Origin: a bacterium
GTDB taxonomy: Bacteria > CLD3
Direction of reading: 5' to 3'
Length of the DNA stretch: 60,670 nucleotides
Assembly (NCBI GenBank): GCA_020850775.1
Contig: JADZEA010000103.1
Span: 1 to 60,670 of the forward strand
A program made the position numbers and the translations under genes. The notes below the pieces were generated by a model, which was not told where the DNA came from, searched no databases, and was given only the letters and a program-made list of their open reading frames with translations. Each line of letters starts with the position of its first letter. Positions within the stretch are counted from its first letter, which is position 1. Shown piece by piece: positions 53,526 through 60,670 of the stretch.

Positions 53526-53578
53526 GAACCATTTCATACAATGCTTAATCAAACTTCAACTTATTATTATTAATACCA

Positions 53579-56500
53579 ATGAAAATTAAAGATATTAGTC
53601 AGTATCGGACTTTCTACAAAGAGGAAGTAAACGGACACGGTGCAAACCGTGACGAACACTTTATTGGTGTAACTCACACAGACGGAGAAAATAAAAAGTG
53701 GGGATTTTTCAGCATTACTCATGGCGACAAGGAGAAACTTCAAACTGACGGCATCAGAGGATTTCTTGAAGGGTTTCTTGACATGGCAAGAGATGCACAG
53801 GCAGTTTATGAGTTTCTGCAAAACTCTGTTGATGCAAACAGCAGCAGGTTTGCAATGTTTTGGGGCAAAGACGAGCTTGATGGCAACGAATATTTACTTG
53901 TTCTCAACAATGGAAAACAATTTGACTTTGCTGCAGTTCGTTCAATCCTAAATGTTGGAGTTTCTACCAAGAACGCAGAGGAACACACAATCGGAAAGTT
54001 TGGAATTGGTTTCAAGTTGGCTCACAGATTAGTTGGTAAAGATAACGGACTTGATGAACTACTAAATAAAAATTATGGACCTATTTTATTCAGCTGGAAA
54101 AACTCAGAACTGAAAACCCTTTTTAATTTGAACGGTGAGGAGATTCAGCCAATTAAACAGAAATACAATCTTTCAAAAAATCAAGAATGGGAAATATCAG
54201 GAAATGAACCCTGGTTGTTCAAAATTTTAATCACAAATTTTCCGTGTCAACCCAATGAAAAAACCATAAAGGACATACAATACAATGAAATCGCTCCTCC
54301 ATTTGCCTTAGAAGAAATAAAAGTCCTTTCAAGATGGTTGAACAAATATTCTTCTGAGATTCCTGTGGAGGAATTTCAAGAAGGTTCTTTGTTTTTTATT
54401 CGCTTAGGTGAGGACAAGAAAAATCATTTGCAAGATGCAAATCTCAAAGAGGGTTTGAGATTTTCCCTTTCTGTTTTGAATCACACATCGCAACTCAACA
54501 CAAGAGGTTTAAAACACATGAACCTTAACAAAGAGGAACTTGAAAGTGTTGATTTGAAATTTTTGCCTTTCACCATTTCAAAGGAAAAGGACAAGGACAA
54601 ATATAATTGGATTCGTTTCGGAAAGACCGAAAACCTTTCGGAAGATGAATTGAAGTTGGCTGAGAAAGATTCAGACATTCAATTCCTGATGGGTTATTCA
54701 GACTTTGAAAAAGCAGAAGAAATATTTAACAATGCACCAAACTTCTATTTGTATTTTCCTTTGAGTGAGGAAAAACACAATCTAAAGTTCATTATTCATT
54801 CAAATGCTTTCTACAAGGCAACGCACAGAACTTCGTTGCACATTGGAAGTCAGGAAAAATTTGGCATTAACGAGCGACTGCTTTACACATTCGCAAAAAA
54901 AACTCTTACAGATTATCTTACCACTTGTGCAACTTCAATAAAGGAAGCAGACAAAGAAATATTCAAAGAGGTTTATGCAAACTTGCTTCTTTCAGATGAA
55001 AGCAAAGAGCCAAACCGACATTGGGTAAACAAACCATTGGTTGAACCGATTCATAAATTCTTAAAGGAAAATATTCCTGTAAAGTCAAATGAAGGATTTG
55101 AGTTAGTAAGTGATTCCAGCAAAGTCAAAATCAAGACAACAAAAATTCCGATTGATTTAAACGACCTTCATTGGTTTTATTGGAGCGACAACAAAATTTT
55201 GGAATTACCAGCCATAACCAAGTTAGGAATTTCAACTTTTTCAATAGTTGACTTTCTAAAAACACCAAAGGCATTTTCAGAAATCAACAAATTTATTGGT
55301 AGCAAAAGTGAAAACGCTTTTGCTACACTTACTGAAATTGACATTGCCATTGTTAGCGAAAAGTCAGAGGAGGTTTTGAAAGAAAATTTGTCAAAGATTA
55401 AAGTGTTTGAATTTGAGGATGGGCAATTTTTAAGCATTGATGATTTAAAAACGAATGCTGAATATTCCTCTCACTTAATTCAATTCAGTAAGATTGATGA
55501 AATTTCTATTGAATTACGAAAAGCAGGTTTCATTCTTTCTAAATGTTCGCTTTCACAATACGAATCGCTTTACAAGTTTCTTAACAGTGTTCAGATACTT
55601 GAATATTTTGAATCGGCTGAGTTGATTAAATTGCTCAGTAGTGGTTTTGAGAAAACACATTTCTTAATTGAGGAAAAGAAGAAAATATTTGCGACATTAG
55701 AAGCACCAAACAGAAATGAAAATGCCGAGACAAGGAACAAGCGAATGAAACTTCTGAGATTGTTCAACAACAAACTTGGTTACACAGTTGAACTTGGACA
55801 GTTGATTAAAGACACGCAAAAATCGTGGCTAAAAACTTTCTGCATTGACGAGAAGGAACACTTTGAAGAATTAGACAGATACTTAGTTCCAGACGACAAA
55901 ACAGTTTTTACAAGTATTGTAATTCCATTGTGGGATAAATTCACAGAAGATAAGACAGGAACCATCAGAAGTAATCCTTCAGACTTCTTTGCGGAGATTG
56001 TAAAACTTCAACAAGAAACCAATCAAAAAGAAACGCTTTCAAACAGAAAGCACATTTTGATTGACAACAAATTTCACGAAGCAAGCGAAGAAATATTTTA
56101 CTCTTCTGATTTGAATTCTTTGTCTGACGAAGATTACAAAAAGGCAGAAGATTTATTTGCAAAATATTTTCAGAAAAAATTTCCCGACAAAAGAACGCTG
56201 CCCTTTCTGAATCAACAACCGTTTCTTTTGCAGGTTTCCGGTTTGACAAAATTGAACTTGTTGTCAGAAACAGAAATCACTTCTGACAAAGTTGAAACTT
56301 TGGCAAAAGCATTTGCGACAGCAAAGCTTGAATTGTTTGAGAAATTTATTTTGCAACCCAAAGAAGCAAAAATAATTTTCAGACCAATTTCAGAGAATGA
56401 AAAACAAATCGGCAACTTACAGTCAGACGACTTGAAAAAATATGTTTCAAAGAATCATTCTGAATTGGTTGTTGCACCAACAATAAAATCGCTGAGTGAT

Positions 56501-59500
56501 TTCATCTATTTAAAAGACAGTGAACTTTCAAAATATTTAATCACTGAATTTGATTTCAAAGATGAAAGCAGAAAACATTCGCTTTGCGGAATTATTTTGT
56601 CTGAGGACGACAATGTAAAATTTGAGTTCATCAGCAAGCATCCGAATCTCACTGTAGAACAAGAAGACGAAAATTCAGTTAGTCAGTTAAGCGATATTGT
56701 AAAAACAGCTTTGTTTATTAGCGATGGACAAAAGGCAACTGAGATTTTAACTTCAAAAATTCTATTCAAGACAGCTGAAGGAAAAACATTTTCTCTTAAC
56801 AACCTTCAAGGATTAAACGCAAACAATATTTATTTTGGAGAGAACAACGAACACAGTATTCAACTTTCTGAATTGTTTAAGCAAGACGACTTGAACAAAG
56901 TTGCTTTTGTAGAAAAAGTTTTGGAATCACTTTCTGAAATTATTTCTATTGAGAAACCAAAGCTCCTTTCACTTTTCAATCTCAGCAATGAAGCCGATAA
57001 GAAAGATATTTTTCACAAGCTGAACGCTGACTACAAAACAAACGGACACCTTTCAAATGCTGCACAACTTGCTTTCATTCTTCTTTACAGAAAATTTGCT
57101 GACGAAAACATTTCAGTAAAAAGTTTCAAGATTAAGTCAGGCGAAACAACTCAAAGCATTGACGGCAGTTTTGGAATTTCAGTTTCAGATTTCGGTTTGT
57201 TTAAAAGTGAATGTTACTTACCCCAAGAATTTTCGGGCATAAAAGACATTCTCAAACTCTCTTCAAACAAACCAGTATTTGAAGTTGACAACACAAAACT
57301 TTATTTGCATCCTCTTGTTGTTGGCAGTTCATTTTCAAGTCCGCAGTTAAAGGAAGGATTGAGTGAAGATGAACAGATTGAACTTCTTGATTTCTTAGCT
57401 ACAAACTTTAAAGGGAATGAAATTTTACAATTCAACCAAAGTTGGGAAAATGTATTCGGCATTCTTTTAAATGACAAAGTTATTTCACGCCACCGCCTAT
57501 CACCTGTTGAAGATTTGCCAGAACATTTGGCAAGATGGAGGATAGACAAAAACGATGAAAGACGAAGGACTAAAGCACAGGTTCTAACTGCAATAGGAAT
57601 TCACACAAGAATATCTGAGATACATAAGTTGAGAAGGTTTTTGATTGAAAACAACACTAATGAAACTTTTGAATTGAAAGAGATAGAAAAAATTTCCGTT
57701 CAACTTTTGGCAAACACACTTCAAGTGTGTAAAAATTATAATTCAGATTTTTCTTTTGGTTTTTCTGACAAACCATTTGAAATTATTAAAGAAATTACAA
57801 GAAAAGTTTTGATTCAAAACTTAACAACTTATCCTTTGCCCGTATTGAATCAAGAATTGAAATACTCTTTGGAAATTCTAAATGCTAATCAGGATTATTA
57901 TTTGGACTTCACCGCAAGTCAAAATATTTCTTCAAATAGCGTTGACAAATCCGAGTTGGTAAAATCAATTCCTCAAAACATTTATGACGCAATTCTATTT
58001 GTTGATTCTCCTGAATTAAAATCCATTCTGAAAAAGGTTGAAATAATTCCTGTTACCGATTTTGAAAAACTTGAAACGCTTTCGCAAGAATGGAATGAAA
58101 AATTTTATTTGGAATGGAAAGAAAAGCATCCCACTTTGAAAATAAATCTTGTGGATTTTATTCCCATCAGACTTTATGTAGGCGATAATTATATTCAAAA
58201 TTCTGAAAGTCATGAAATTATTAGAAACGAGAATGTCCTTTTTATCTCAAAAAAGCATTCTTTTGAAGAAATAAAATTTCAGATTAACGAAAGGGGATTG
58301 CTTACAGAATCTGAACTGAATGAACTTACGACATTGTTTGAGCACTATCAAATACAGTTTAGAGAATTATTTGAGAACTATATTGCAGATGATGAAATTA
58401 GAAATAAACTTGAAGCGATAAAAAAAGAAGCAGCACAATTAGCACAAAAGAAAGAACTTAAAGAAAGCTTGTGTAAGGAGAAATATACTTATAAATGGTT
58501 TACCGATTTCTTAGAACTTGAGCTAATAAATAATTCAGAAGCAGATTCAACTTCACCTGAAAAGGAAATTTCATTTTTCGCTGCTGCAAAGGAAGAAGAT
58601 TCTGAAAGAATAATTATCCTTCGTGACCCAAACAGAACTGTTACCCCAACCTTAGAATTTTGTGCTGATTTTCATGCAAAGTTTTATAGAGATACAGGAA
58701 GTCCTATTGATGTGAAAATTCAAGGCGTTTCAAAAAAGGGGCAAACTGTTTTAGCAATTCTTGCAAATCCAAATGACTTACGAGGCATTGACCTTAAGAA
58801 TGAAATTAAGAGGGTAGAACTTTTGTTTTCCCGTTCAGTTGATTTGCTGCGAAGATTATTAAACTCTTTCAAGAGATTAGGTGATAACAATCATTGGGAT
58901 CCAAAGTTCAGTATCAAAGATAATTTAACAGAGAACATTAAATTCATTTTTGGACCGCCAGGAACAGGAAAAACAACAACAATTGCAAATCGTGCAATTG
59001 AAATAATGCAGAATGTTCCACAAGCAAAAATTCTAATTCTTACACCGACCAACAAAGCAGCAGATGTTGTTGCTCATAAAATTTTTACCAATTCAAGAGA
59101 CGACAATGATTGGCTTGTCCGCTATGGTGCAACATTTAATGAGGAGTTGATTCAAAACGAAATTTTGAAAGATGCCAATTCGTTTTTCTTTTCTGATTAC
59201 AGCAGATGCACGGTTGTAGCAACGATTCAAAGATTCCCTTACGAGGAATTCATTGATAAAATTGTTTCGGAACAGGAAATCAAAATCCGAATGTGCGATG
59301 CTGATTGGGATTACATAATTTTTGATGAGGCATCAATGATTCCGGTTACTTACATTGCTTTTGGTCTGATGAAGTGTTTTGAAAAAACAGTTGGTTCACA
59401 AACGAAATTTTTAATTGGTGGCGACCCGAAACAAATTCCACCAGTGATAACAATTTCAGATGAAGATTTGCCAGCCGATTTTGAGAAGGAAGAAAATATT

Positions 59501-60421
59501 TACTCAATGATTGGACTTGATAGTTTCATTGAGAAGGAACAAGCAATGATTCCAAAGTTTGGAGATAAAATAGAAAACTTAAAAACTCAATACCGAAGCA
59601 CTGAAAACATTGGAAAACTTTTCAGTCATTTTTCTTATGGCGGAAAGCTATCTCATCATCGTTTAAATGAAATAAAATCCTTGCCGAAAGATTTTGCAGC
59701 TCTTGGAATAAAACCAATAGCTCTCATTCGCTTTCCAGTGAACTTAGATGAATCAATTTACAAACCTGAGAAGTTGAAACAAAGCCCTTATCATCTTTAC
59801 TCAGCACTTCTGATTTTGGAATTGATAAGAAAGTTTGATTCTTCTCTCACCGACAAAGATGAAGTTTGGACAGTAGGAATTATTTGTCCTTACCGTTCAC
59901 AAGCAACGCTTGTAAACAAAATGATTGAATCGCTAAACCTAAATCACAAATTGAAAGTGATAACCGATACTGTTCATGGTTTCCAAGGTGATGAATGTGA
60001 TTTGGTTTTCTTTCTGATGAATCCGTCAAGCTATTCTATTTCATCCGATGTGAGATTGTTCTTGCACAAACACTATTTGATAAATGTTGCAATTAGCAGA
60101 GCAAAAGATTACTTGATTATTCTTTATCCAGACGAAAATACAGAAGGAATTAAAAACCTTATAAAGATTCACAAGGACCATCAGGAAAGTATAGAATATT
60201 TGATTGAAAACCTTTTAGGAATCAAACTGACTGAAATTACAGTTCAATCATCTGACATTGAACAAAAACTGTTCGAAGAAAAAAATCACATTGAGAAAAA
60301 TATTTTCACTAACAAACATCAACTTGTTAATGTTTACCATACGGCAGAGAAAAAATATTTAGTGAGAGATAGTTCAACAGCAATAGACATTCAAATCAGA
60401 ACTGTTTCTTCGCCTTTATAG
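53579..60421 (+). CDS. 2,280-aa fusion protein: N-terminal sacsin/Hsp90-type GHKL ATPase module, ~1,300-aa unassigned middle, C-terminal Upf1/Dna2-type SF1 helicase
   Basis: GHKL: N-box YEFLQNSVDANS, LVLNNGKQF, IGKFGIGFKLAH, then GSLFFIRLG and FYLYFPLSEEKHNLKFIIHSNAFY (sacsin SRR-like). Helicase (aa ~1785-2185): I FGPPGTGKTT, Ia ILILTPTNKAAD, II YIIFDEASM, III LIGGDPKQIPPV, IV LKTQYRS, V VHGFQGDECDLVFF, VI INVAISRAKDYLIILY. Uninterrupted ORF with TAG stop. Confidence 0.85.
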   Translation: MKIKDISQYRTFYKEEVNGHGANRDEHFIGVTHTDGENKKWGFFSITHGDKEKLQTDGIRGFLEGFLDMARDAQAVYEFLQNSVDANSSRFAMFWGKDELDGNEYLLVLNNGKQFDFAAVRSILNVGVSTKNAEEHTIGKFGIGFKLAHRLVGKDNGLDELLNKNYGPILFSWKNSELKTLFNLNGEEIQPIKQKYNLSKNQEWEISGNEPWLFKILITNFPCQPNEKTIKDIQYNEIAPPFALEEIKVLSRWLNKYSSEIPVEEFQEGSLFFIRLGEDKKNHLQDANLKEGLRFSLSVLNHTSQLNTRGLKHMNLNKEELESVDLKFLPFTISKEKDKDKYNWIRFGKTENLSEDELKLAEKDSDIQFLMGYSDFEKAEEIFNNAPNFYLYFPLSEEKHNLKFIIHSNAFYKATHRTSLHIGSQEKFGINERLLYTFAKKTLTDYLTTCATSIKEADKEIFKEVYANLLLSDESKEPNRHWVNKPLVEPIHKFLKENIPVKSNEGFELVSDSSKVKIKTTKIPIDLNDLHWFYWSDNKILELPAITKLGISTFSIVDFLKTPKAFSEINKFIGSKSENAFATLTEIDIAIVSEKSEEVLKENLSKIKVFEFEDGQFLSIDDLKTNAEYSSHLIQFSKIDEISIELRKAGFILSKCSLSQYESLYKFLNSVQILEYFESAELIKLLSSGFEKTHFLIEEKKKIFATLEAPNRNENAETRNKRMKLLRLFNNKLGYTVELGQLIKDTQKSWLKTFCIDEKEHFEELDRYLVPDDKTVFTSIVIPLWDKFTEDKTGTIRSNPSDFFAEIVKLQQETNQKETLSNRKHILIDNKFHEASEEIFYSSDLNSLSDEDYKKAEDLFAKYFQKKFPDKRTLPFLNQQPFLLQVSGLTKLNLLSETEITSDKVETLAKAFATAKLELFEKFILQPKEAKIIFRPISENEKQIGNLQSDDLKKYVSKNHSELVVAPTIKSLSDFIYLKDSELSKYLITEFDFKDESRKHSLCGIILSEDDNVKFEFISKHPNLTVEQEDENSVSQLSDIVKTALFISDGQKATEILTSKILFKTAEGKTFSLNNLQGLNANNIYFGENNEHSIQLSELFKQDDLNKVAFVEKVLESLSEIISIEKPKLLSLFNLSNEADKKDIFHKLNADYKTNGHLSNAAQLAFILLYRKFADENISVKSFKIKSGETTQSIDGSFGISVSDFGLFKSECYLPQEFSGIKDILKLSSNKPVFEVDNTKLYLHPLVVGSSFSSPQLKEGLSEDEQIELLDFLATNFKGNEILQFNQSWENVFGILLNDKVISRHRLSPVEDLPEHLARWRIDKNDERRRTKAQVLTAIGIHTRISEIHKLRRFLIENNTNETFELKEIEKISVQLLANTLQVCKNYNSDFSFGFSDKPFEIIKEITRKVLIQNLTTYPLPVLNQELKYSLEILNANQDYYLDFTASQNISSNSVDKSELVKSIPQNIYDAILFVDSPELKSILKKVEIIPVTDFEKLETLSQEWNEKFYLEWKEKHPTLKINLVDFIPIRLYVGDNYIQNSESHEIIRNENVLFISKKHSFEEIKFQINERGLLTESELNELTTLFEHYQIQFRELFENYIADDEIRNKLEAIKKEAAQLAQKKELKESLCKEKYTYKWFTDFLELELINNSEADSTSPEKEISFFAAAKEEDSERIIILRDPNRTVTPTLEFCADFHAKFYRDTGSPIDVKIQGVSKKGQTVLAILANPNDLRGIDLKNEIKRVELLFSRSVDLLRRLLNSFKRLGDNNHWDPKFSIKDNLTENIKFIFGPPGTGKTTTIANRAIEIMQNVPQAKILILTPTNKAADVVAHKIFTNSRDDNDWLVRYGATFNEELIQNEILKDANSFFFSDYSRCTVVATIQRFPYEEFIDKIVSEQEIKIRMCDADWDYIIFDEASMIPVTYIAFGLMKCFEKTVGSQTKFLIGGDPKQIPPVITISDEDLPADFEKEENIYSMIGLDSFIEKEQAMIPKFGDKIENLKTQYRSTENIGKLFSHFSYGGKLSHHRLNEIKSLPKDFAALGIKPIALIRFPVNLDESIYKPEKLKQSPYHLYSALLILELIRKFDSSLTDKDEVWTVGIICPYRSQATLVNKMIESLNLNHKLKVITDTVHGFQGDECDLVFFLMNPSSYSISSDVRLFLHKHYLINVAISRAKDYLIILYPDENTEGIKNLIKIHKDHQESIEYLIENLLGIKLTEITVQSSDIEQKLFEEKNHIEKNIFTNKHQLVNVYHTAEKKYLVRDSSTAIDIQIRTVSSPL

Positions 60422-60445
60422 AAAAAGCCGTTGTTTGCAATGCTC

Positions 60446-60496
60446 CCGTAAAACCCGTGAAACTTGCGGAATCCACGCTTCTTAGCGGGGTTTACG
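60446..60496. repeat. Intergenic repeat family B copy (inverted relative to 4950-4995); may double as a terminator hairpin
   Basis: gtaaaacccg (60448-60457) ... cggggtttac (60486-60495) can pair with one mismatch, enclosing tgaaacttgcggaatccacgcttcttag, and is followed by gctttt. The core 60466-60488 is the reverse complement of 4958-4980 (22/23). Confidence 0.5.
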
Positions 60497-60611
60497 CTTT
60501 TAAAACAAAAAAAAGAGCAAACTTTTCAGCTTGCCCTTTTCATAAAAAAAACTGTTAACAATTGATACCTTGTTCCCAAATTCGTGTTTTTTGTGAGTTT
60601 TACCCTTGTTC

Positions 60612-60670
60612 AGGAAAGTGTTTTTGGGTTAAAGTGTTAGAAACTTTGCAAAAAATTGTTTTTTCTGAAA
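60612..60670. repeat. Intergenic repeat family A, copy 3 (inverted relative to copies 1 and 2; cut by the window end)
   Basis: The reverse complement ...caattttttgcaaagtttctaacactttaacccaaaaacactttcct aligns to 53322-53378, lacking ~8-10 nt (tttttggtga) present in copies 1 and 2. Confidence 0.5.

Noticed and set aside
53347-53821. Short ORFs around the start of the giant gene: 53347..53541 (-), 53570..53821 (-) and an unlisted 43-codon plus-strand ORF at 53458..53589.
   Set aside because: All are Phe/Leu/Asn/Lys-rich translations of AT-rich leader DNA or antisense to the GHKL-coding region. None has a convincing ribosome-binding site or motif.
60466-60488. ggaatccacgc looked faintly like a tRNA T-arm, raising the idea of a tRNA fragment or integration site next to the giant gene.
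   Set aside because: No acceptor, D or anticodon arms can be drawn around it. The same core occurs inverted at 4958-4980 in an unrelated context, so it is a dispersed repeat and not a tRNA remnant.
1-60670. A search by eye for CRISPR arrays, rRNA/tRNA genes, riboswitch-like leaders (upstream of mtnA, the TonB receptor and pyrD) and intact mobile elements.
   Set aside because: No spaced direct-repeat arrays, no cloverleaf-compatible segments in the intergenic regions longer than 70 nt, and no recognisable riboswitch cores were found. The only IS-related sequence is the truncated stub at 39906-40263.

Overview
AT-rich, gene-dense 60.7 kb chromosomal segment, most likely from an FCB-group bacterium (Bacteroidota/Ignavibacteriota-like). 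Two ORFs and one gene remnant end in the type IX secretion (T9SS) C-terminal sorting domain. I found about 40 protein-coding genes and no rRNA, tRNA or CRISPR array. Most content is housekeeping or envelope: CotH-like secreted protein, CHASE2 adenylate cyclase, M48 protease, TonB-dependent receptor, parvulin, GH13 amylase, a heterodimeric ABC exporter pair, DinG-like helicase, mtnA, ABC-F, rhomboid, an HME-type RND efflux operon, a 1,984-aa T9SS surface protein, tldD/pmbA and pyrD. Items worth a second look: (1) a stand-alone 2,280-aa ORF (53579..60421) fusing a sacsin/Hsp90-type GHKL ATPase module to an Upf1/Dna2-type SF1 helicase across ~1,300 aa of unassignable sequence, bracketed by inverted copies of a dispersed intergenic repeat. 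(2) A two-gene ABC-type ATPase plus small TOPRIM-like cassette inserted, translationally coupled, between pmbA and tldD (48036..49915). (3) A thioredoxin-fold/TPR gene truncated in the ORF track: the full gene (5080..6096) reads through an in-frame TGA on the first Cys of WCGPC, with a SECIS-like hairpin just downstream, so it is a predicted selenoprotein. (4) A 35-codon leader ORF with terminator/antiterminator alternatives upstream of the ABC exporter pair. (5) An IS5-like transposase remnant abutting a decapitated T9SS gene. All domain calls come from motifs read by eye in the translations. No HMM, BLAST or folding computation was possible, so family names are hypotheses to confirm.
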